This document shows, one piece after another, positions 56,797 to 64,000 of a stretch of 64,000 nt of DNA (positions are counted from its first letter, which is position 1; each line of letters begins with the position of its first letter). The notes below the pieces were generated by a model, which saw nothing but the letters and a program-made list of their open reading frames with translations, did no database searches and was not told where the DNA came from. The DNA is taken from positions 96,001 to 160,000 of the forward strand of contig CAVUHW010000015.1 in assembly GCA_963741205.1 (NCBI GenBank), given 5' to 3'. Source of the DNA: Nitrospirota bacterium (GTDB lineage Bacteria > Nitrospirota > UBA9217). The position numbers and the translations under genes were made by a program.

Positions 56797-58878
56797 ATGA
56801 GTAACACGATTCTTTTTGCCCTGGTATGCGGCGTTGCCGGCGTCATCTACGGCATCATAACCGCGATCTGGGTGAACAAGCAGGATGCAGGCAATCAGAA
56901 AATGATCGACATTTCCAACGCAGTGAAGGAAGGCGCTAATGCGTTCCTGGCGCGCGAGTACAAGACAGTTGCAATGGTTGCAGTTGATTCTGGTCCTTAT
57001 CCTGGCGTTCGTTCCCGCCCTCGGTATGTGGGCAGCCGCCGGATTTATCATCGGTACCGTGGGTTCCGCCCTTGCCGGCTTCATCGGCATGTGGGTGTCG
57101 CTCCGTGCCAACGTTCGTACGGCAGCGGCAGCGAGCAAAGGCCTCCAGGCCGCGCTCAGCCTTGCGTTCAAGGGCGGCTCCGTGACCGGCATCATGGTCG
57201 TGGGCCTCGGCATCATCGGCCTTGCAGGTTTTTACCTCATCGCCAAAACGTTTGCTCCGGCTGAGCAGGTATCCACCGCGCTCATCGGGCTCGGCTTCGG
57301 CTGCTCGCTCATGAGCGTGTTCGCCCGTATCGCGGGCGGCATCTACACCAAGGCCGCTGACGTGGGCGCCGACCTCGTGGGTAAGGTTGAGAAGAACATC
57401 CCCGAAGACGATCCGCGCAACCCGGCCGTGATCGCCGACAACGTGGGCGACAACGTGGGCGACTGTGCCGGTATGGCCGCCGACCTCTATGAGACCTACA
57501 CGGTGACCCTCGTGGCCGCCATGCTCCTCGCCAAGACCGTGTTCGGCGCAAGCAGCCCCTGGATCGAGTTCCCGCTCATGCTCGGCGGCGTTTCGATCAT
57601 CGCTTCCATCGTGGGCACCTACTTCGTAAGACTCGGCAAGAACAACTACATCATGGGCGCCCTGTACAAGGGCCTTGCCGTTGCAGGCGTTATCGCGGCA
57701 GTTGCGTTCTACTTCGTGGCCAAGAGCTTCATCGACGGCCTCGGCGCCAATGCCGGCGTATTCACGGCGAACACCGTGTTCTTCATCTCCCTCATCGGCC
57801 TTGCCCTCACCGGCCTGATCGTGTGGATCACCGAGTATTTCACCGCTAAAGAGTATTCCCCGGTGCAGCACATTGCACAGGCGAGCCTGACCGGCCACGG
57901 CACGAACGTGATCGCCGGACTCGCAGTCAGCATGAAGTCCACCTCAGCGCCGGTGCTCGTGATCGTTGCCTCGATCCTCGGCGCTTACTGGCTTGGCGGC
58001 GGATTCTCCGGCCAGGCGAACGCAGCATCCGGCGGCATCTTTGCCATCGCGCTGGCAGCGGTGTCCATGCTCTCCATGACCGGTATCGTTGTGGCCATCG
58101 ACTCCTACGGCCCGATCACGGACAATGCGGGCGGCGTCGCTGAAATGGCCGGGCTCCCGAAAGAGATCCGCGATATCACGGATCCCCTCGATGCGGTCGG
58201 CAACACCACCAAGGCAGTGACCAAGGGCTATGCCATCGGCTCCGCGGCCCTTGCCGCTTTGGTGCTGTTCTCGGAATATTCACGCTCCTTCGGCACAACG
58301 ATCCTGTTCGACCTTTCGAACCCCATGGTTCTTTGCGGCCTGTTCATCGGCGGCCTGCTCCCCTACTACTTCGGCGCGCTCCTTATGGAGTCCGTGGCTA
58401 AGGCAGCAGGCGGCGTGGTGGAGGAAGTTCGCAGACAGTTCCGCGAGATCAAGGGCATCATGGAAGGCACCGGCAAGCCGGAGTACGGCAAGTGCGTTGA
58501 CATCGTGACCAAGAGCGCCATCCATGAGATGATGCTCCCGGCGCTCCTTCCGGTGGTCGTACCGGTCGCTGGTGGGTCTCCTCCTGGGCAAAGAAGCCCT
58601 GGGCGGCGTGCTCATCGGCGCCATTGTGACCGGTCTGTTCCAGGCCATCGCCATGACCTCCGGCGGCGGCGCATGGGACAATGCCAAGAAGTCCTTTGAA
58701 GACGGCGTCACGGACAGCAAGGGCGTCGTGCACAAGAAGGGCAGCGACGGCCACAAGGCCTCGGTAACCGGCGACACGGTCGGCGATCCTTACAAGGATA
58801 CCGCGGGCCCGGCCATCAACCCGATGATCAAGGTCATCAACATCGTTGCGCTTCTGATCGTTCCGTTGATCAAGTTAA
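56797..58878 (+). CDS. hppA: Membrane H+-translocating pyrophosphatase, K+-independent type (frameshifted)
   Basis: [60 protein letters not shown]. Confidence 0.96.
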
Positions 58879-58901
58879 TACGCAGCATATCGTATACCAG
58901 C

Positions 58902-58935
58902 AAGGCTGCCCCACTCGATGGGGCAGCCTTTTTTT
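58902..58935 (+). terminator. Intrinsic terminator ending the sat-apr-qmo-hppA run
   Basis: AAGGCTGCCCCA/TGGGGCAGCCTT stem followed by a T-run. Confidence 0.9.
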
Positions 58936-58998
58936 ATCGCTGCCGCGCCGCATTCGCTGCTTGAAATTTAAGCGTAAAGTGGTATTATTCACAGGTTT

Positions 58999-59493
58999 AT
59001 GCGCGATGTTGAGGTATTAATCAAGGCCGGTTGCTCCCCTGATGTCGTGGCCCACTGCAGATGGTTTCCCGCACGGCGTTATCGATTGCCGAACGTATGA
59101 CGGTTTCGGTCGACCGGGAACTGGTACGGTTGGGCGGCCTCTTCCACGACATCGGCAGGTCGAGGACGCACGGGATCGAACATGCTGTGGCAGGGGCGGA
59201 GATCGCACGGAGTCTCGGCTTTTCAGACGGCGCTCGTCAATATCATCGAACGTCACATCGGAGCAGGCATAACCGCCGCAGAGGCAGAGCGGCTCGGGCT
59301 TCCCAAAAAGGATTATCTGCCGCTGACACCGGAGGAGAAAGATCGTGTCCTACGCCGATAATCTGTCAGCGGGGTGCGGGAAATGCCGTTTTATGAAGCG
59401 CTCGACCGGTTCAAGGACATCCTCGGACCGGACCATGAAGGCGTCGAGCTTTTCATAAAGCAGCATCATGAGATACAGGGGTGGATGAAGTGA
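58999..59493 (+). CDS. HDIG-domain phosphohydrolase, paralog of 29737 (frameshifted)
   Basis: [33 protein letters not shown]. Confidence 0.85.
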
Positions 59494-59570
59494 ACCAATA
59501 TTCGGCATTGCGGAATGCGGAATAAAAGACGAGGAATAAGACAAAGCAATAAGGATCAGAAGAGGATGTC

Positions 59571-60541
59571 ATGAAAGACAAAAAGACAAAATGGTAGCGG
59601 AAGATTTTATGTCGAACCGCTCAAAAAAAGCAGCTCCGACAAGGTCGTGCCCGTGAAACTGACGGAGAACAGCAGGTTCAAATTCCGCTGCCACAAGGGG
59701 GTCAGGTGTTTTACCGCCTGCTGCAGCAACATCAACATCGTGCTGCCGCCCTACGACCTGCTGCGCCTCAGGAAGACGGCTCGGCATGACGCTCCGAGGA
59801 CTTCATCAACGAATACTGCGAGATCGAGATCCTTGCCAAGACCCTGCTGCCGGTGATCACGCTCAGGATGCGGGACGACGAGAAAAAGAGTTGCCCCTTC
59901 CTGACGCCCGACGGCTGTACGGTATACGAGGACCGTCCGAACATCTGCCGGTATTATCCCGTGGGCATGGCGACCTTGAGAAAGAAGGACGCGGAGGGCG
60001 GCAAGGACGAGTTCTACTTCATGACCAAGGAGGACCACTGCAAGGGTTTCGAGGAGGACAAGGAGTGGACCATCGACGAGTGGCGCAAGGACCAGGAGGC
60101 GGACCTGCTACGATGAAATGAACCGCGGCTGGATGGACATCCTGATCAAGAAGAAGTCCTTCGGCGAGAAGGAGTTTCCGGACATCAAGAACCAGATGTT
60201 CTTCATGGTCAGCACGAACACCGACTATTTCCGCGAGTTCGTTTTCGGAAGCAGCTTCCTTGAGACCTACGACATCCCTGCCGGAGCGGATCGAGAAGGT
60301 GCGGACAGACGATGCGGAACTCCTGAAGCTTGCCTACGAGTGGCTCCGGTCGTCGATGTTCGCGGAGGAGACCCTGAAGTTCCGGGAAGGGGTCCTCGAG
60401 GCGCGCAAGGACCGGGCCGATGCAACCATGAGGAAGGTGTACGGGAAGAAAGAGAAGGGGCAGATCGGAGATATGATTGGACGTCAGGAAGTGTCACGCC
60501 CCTATGTGCCATCTTGCAACATTAAGCTCATTTCATCATAG
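59571..60541 (+). CDS. YkgJ-family Cys-cluster protein (frameshifted; ends approximate)
   Basis: FRCHKGVRCFTACC, CPFL..GCTVYEDRPNICRYYP, HCKG. Confidence 0.85.
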
Positions 60542-61267
60542 ATCGCATTGCCTATCGTAATGCCCTGATCGATAAATTCCGGGCCGTATCGCTTGCCGGT
60601 ATCGGTCCGGAACGTTTCCTTGATTTTTTCGATGCCTTTCATTTTTTCCTTAAAGATCCGGTGAAGCGCTTCCGGACGGCGTGTTGTGCGCATCCACCAT
60701 GAGCCAGAGCGTGGTTGTGAAATTCTCCGGCCCCCACCTGAACTTGTCGGCATCGTAGAGCGCGTCGCTCACGAGCTGTCCCGCCGCGTCGTCGCGATCA
60801 AACGTTTCCTGAAACGCTTCATGGTTCCTGATGGCATCCGCGATGTACTGCCGGTCCCGGAGACCCATGCCAAGACTCGCCAGAATTTTTTCCGCTTCGA
60901 TGCTGCCCCGCACCGCGTGGTCCTGCTCTTTTCGCTTGATGTCGTGGAGCAGTCCGGCGATGATCGCCGCCGTGAAAAGGGTATCGACGTCCGAATTCAC
61001 GAGCCCGTTTTCCCGCGCTTCAATGAGGACGATGGCCCCCGCGTCGCGCGCAACCGATTCGCAGTGGCAGAGACCGTGAGCGCATTCCAGTTCAGACGCG
61101 TCAAGGTGCTCCCTGCACCTGCTGACGGTCTCGTTCGACAGGAGCGTTTCATTTGCACGGCGTACGGCGGCTTCATGCCTTTCGTAGAACGGTGGTTTCG
61201 GCAGGGTACCCGCGACCCGGTGCGCCGTGGCGCGCAGTTTTTGATAGAGCGGCAGGCTCATGGGCAT
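60502..61267 (-). CDS. HD-domain protein (one frameshift)
   Basis: HGLCH, LLHDIKR, DHA, RNHEAF, YDADKFRWG. Confidence 0.85.
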
Positions 61268-61391
61268 CTATATTAGACGTTCTCCACGAACCTTGTCAAG
61301 ACGAGTTTTTTGACCATATCTTCAGATTGACAGGTCTTCGCTACATAGGGTAATATGGCCGTACTTTTTCGGGTTTTGAAAGGAGTCTTCC

Positions 61392-62964
61392 GTGTCCGAC
61401 ATCCACAGCGAACGAATATTGATTCTCGACTTCGGGTCCCAGTATACCCAGCTCATCGCTCGGCGCGTGCGCGAGTCAAAGGTCTACTGCGAAATCTATC
61501 CTTACAACGCCGGGCTCGATAAGATCAAGGTCCTTCCGGCCGAAGGGGCTGATCCTTTCCGGCGGCCCGTCGAGCGTCTATGATCCCGGCGCGCCGCTCA
61601 TCGACAAACCGCACCTTGAACTGGGCGTACCAGTACTCGGCATCTGTTACGGCATGCAGCTTTTGACCCACGTGCTGGGAGGCGCCGTTGCCAAGTCGGC
61701 AAAGCGCGAGTACGGCAGGGCGGAGTTGAACATCGACGACTCAGCCGGTCTATTTGAAGGTCTCGGCTCCCAACCCGCAGCCCGCAACCCGCAACCCGGA
61801 ACCGTTGTCTGGATGAGCCACGGCGACCGTATCGAGAAGATGCCGGAAGGGTTCCACGCGATCGCCCACACGAATAATTCCCCGACTGCCGCAATGGCCG
61901 ATGAGAAGCGGAAGTTTTACGGCGTTCAGTTCCATCCCGAAGTCGCGCATACGCCCCAGGGCGTACAGATCCTCAGGAACTTCGTCTACACGATCTGCGG
62001 GTGCAAACCGTCGTGGACCATGGCCTCATTCGTTGACTATTCCGTCGAGGAGATACGAAAGGCCGTGGGAAGCAAACAGGCGGTGTGCGGCCTCTCGGGC
62101 GGCGTCGATTCCTCGGTCGCCGCCGTTCTCGTGCACAAGGCCATCGGCAAGCAGCTTACCTGTATCTTCGTGAACAACGGCGTGCTCAGGAAGGACGAGG
62201 CGGAGAAGGTGCAGCATTCCTTTAAAGACATGGGGCTGAACCTCAAGTACGTGGACGCCTCGCAGGAGTTTCTCACCCGCCTGAGCGGGGTCGAGGACCC
62301 TGAGAAAAAACGGAAGATCATCGGCAACACCTTCATCGAGGTCTTCGAGCGGGAAGCTCATGCCGTGGGCGGGGCCGAGTTTCTCGTCCAGGGCACGCTG
62401 TACCCGGACGTGATCGAGAGCGTCTCGTTTAAAGGTCCTTCTGCGGTCATCAAGTCCCACCACAACGTCGGAGGCCTGCCGGAAAAGATGAAGCTGAAGC
62501 TCGTGGAGCCGCTCAGGGAGCTGTTCAAGGATGAGGTCAGGGCCATCGGACGCGAGATGAAGATGCCCGACGACATCATCGACCGGCAGCCCTTCCCCGG
62601 ACCGGGTCTCGCCATCCGCATCCTGGGAGAGGTGACCGAACCGAGGCTCGCCATCCTGCGCGAGGCCGACGCCATCGTGATCGAGGAGATCAAGAAGGCG
62701 GGTTTGTACAAGCAGATCTGGCAGTCCTTTGCCGTGCTGCTCCCGATCAAGACCGTGGGCGTAATGGGCGACGAGAGGACCTATGAGAACGTCGTCGCCA
62801 TCCGCGCAGTCACGAGCCAGGACGGCATGACCGCGGACTGGGCGAAGATCCCCTATGATCTTCTGGGCGTCATGTCGAACCGGATCATCAATGAAGTAAA
62901 AGGCGTGAACCGCGTGGTCTTCGACATCTCGTCCAAGCCGCCGAGCACGATCGAGTGGGAATGA
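61392..62964 (+). CDS. guaA: GMP synthase (frameshift near 61530)
   Basis: [54 protein letters not shown]. Confidence 0.98.
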
Positions 62965-63058
62965 GCTAAGCAGGCGCGGAAACAGCGGGACCAGGAGACG
63001 CCTCGATCAAAAATGTTTTTACGGCACATCGCCGCGTCAGATTCTCGGCAACAAATTC

Positions 63059-63778
63059 ATGCAGGACAAGATGCAAAAGCTTAAGAGCTGTCTGAACATA
63101 GGGCTGGTCCTCCTGTCGTCGGACTTCCGCGTCATCGGCATGAACGATTATGCGAAGATGCTCCTCGCTCCGGCCATGGGGGAAGGGCTGGGAAAAAATC
63201 TTCTGGACTACCATCCCCGCAAGACCCAGGAAAAGATCAAGGGTCTCCTGCAGGAACTGAGCGAGGCCGAGGCCGACACGCCTTTTGCCATGGTCATCGA
63301 CGTGCTGAACAAGGTGCTGATGATCAACCTCTCCCGGTTCGAGATCGTCATACCTGTGCCGCGGCCCCATTGGGCCATGACCTTCATCGATGTGAGCGAA
63401 CAGACTGGCGCCGCCATGAACACGAGCAGCGGCAGAGTGGAGCTCAAAAAGTTCCCGGTCTACGACAACGGTGTTTGCCGTTTTCTCGACGCCGATTCGG
63501 TCTATTGCTTCCGGGCCGACGGTAATTATTGCAAGGTATTTACCGTTGACCGGTCCTATTACCTGCACCTGAGCTTGAAGGTCATCCTCCAGCGGTATAC
63601 AGGGCCGAACTTTTTCCGGGTCCACAAGAGCGCTGTCGTGAACCTGAAGCACGTGCGGGGAATTTCCGTGTCTTCCGACGGACAGGCCATGATCACCTTT
63701 GACCGCGAAACCATCCCGTCCGTCCCCATCGCCCGCCGTAAACTGGCCGAGTTCAAGGAGGCCCTTGCCATTCTATAG
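63059..63778 (+). CDS. rcoM: RcoM-like PAS-LytTR one-component regulator
   Basis: PAS with YHPRKTQEKIKGLL and PFAMVID; LytTR domain KFPVY, ADGNY, FFRVHKS, VPIARR. Confidence 0.78.
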   Translation: MQDKMQKLKSCLNIGLVLLSSDFRVIGMNDYAKMLLAPAMGEGLGKNLLDYHPRKTQEKIKGLLQELSEAEADTPFAMVIDVLNKVLMINLSRFEIVIPVPRPHWAMTFIDVSEQTGAAMNTSSGRVELKKFPVYDNGVCRFLDADSVYCFRADGNYCKVFTVDRSYYLHLSLKVILQRYTGPNFFRVHKSAVVNLKHVRGISVSSDGQAMITFDRETIPSVPIARRKLAEFKEALAIL

Positions 63779-63899
63779 ACCGTTCATCACCGTCTATCTG
63801 CCGTTCGTCACGAACTGTCTAAACCCCTTGCCCGCTCATCACCATTTTTTTACCGTTTGTCAACGATTTCTTGAACCCTCTTCCCCTCCGATGTAATCT
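63779..63899 (+). promoter_or_regulatory. Four LytTR/AlgR-type boxes plus a sigma70 promoter
   Basis: ACCGTTCATC 63779, GCCGTTCGTC 63800, CCCGCTCATC 63831, ACCGTTTGTC 63852; TTGAAC 63871, 17-bp spacer, TAATCT. Confidence 0.85.
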
Positions 63900-63973
63900 C
63901 AGTACAGGCAAAGCCCGCATTGTCGAAGAACGACGGGCTCTGCGAAAACAGGTCTCGACAGGAGGGCAAAGCT

Positions 63974-64000
63974 ATGTCGATCAAGGAAGCGAAGGAAAAG
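63974..64000 (+). CDS. 5' end of a gene (MSIKEAKEK...), truncated by the window
   Basis: RBS AGGAGG followed by ATG; lies downstream of the LytTR boxes. Confidence 0.6.

Overview
This is a GC-rich bacterial chromosomal window from a dissimilatory sulfur-cycling anaerobe. Gene style suggests Nitrospirota or Desulfobacterota, which is inference only. From left to right it holds: an outer-membrane barrel gene with 69-bp repeats; a membrane-anchored SMC/YhaN-like ATPase; the tmk-holB-ricT-metG-tatD/radical-SAM block; purH; a pyruvate carboxylase-PEPCK operon; a Phd/VapC toxin-antitoxin pair; a tandem kinase-pseudokinase; an extended chrB-chrA cluster; assorted metabolic and signalling genes; a cold-shock/RNA-binding locus; the run adk-sat-aprBA-qmoABC-CBS-hppA; guaA; and an RcoM-like heme-PAS/LytTR regulator followed by four AlgR-type boxes. 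Many conserved genes carry single-base frameshifts, best read as assembly or consensus errors, so some gene ends are approximate. I saw no tRNA, rRNA, CRISPR array or transposase. Several families of short palindromic or heptamer repeats fill intergenic gaps and enter coding sequence. The strongest leads are: (i) the cold-shock locus, with two covarying leader attenuators, a structured RNA and two unannotated basic microproteins; (ii) the RcoM-like sensor with its operator; (iii) the tandem kinase-pseudokinase; (iv) the extended chr operon in a sulfate-activating organism.
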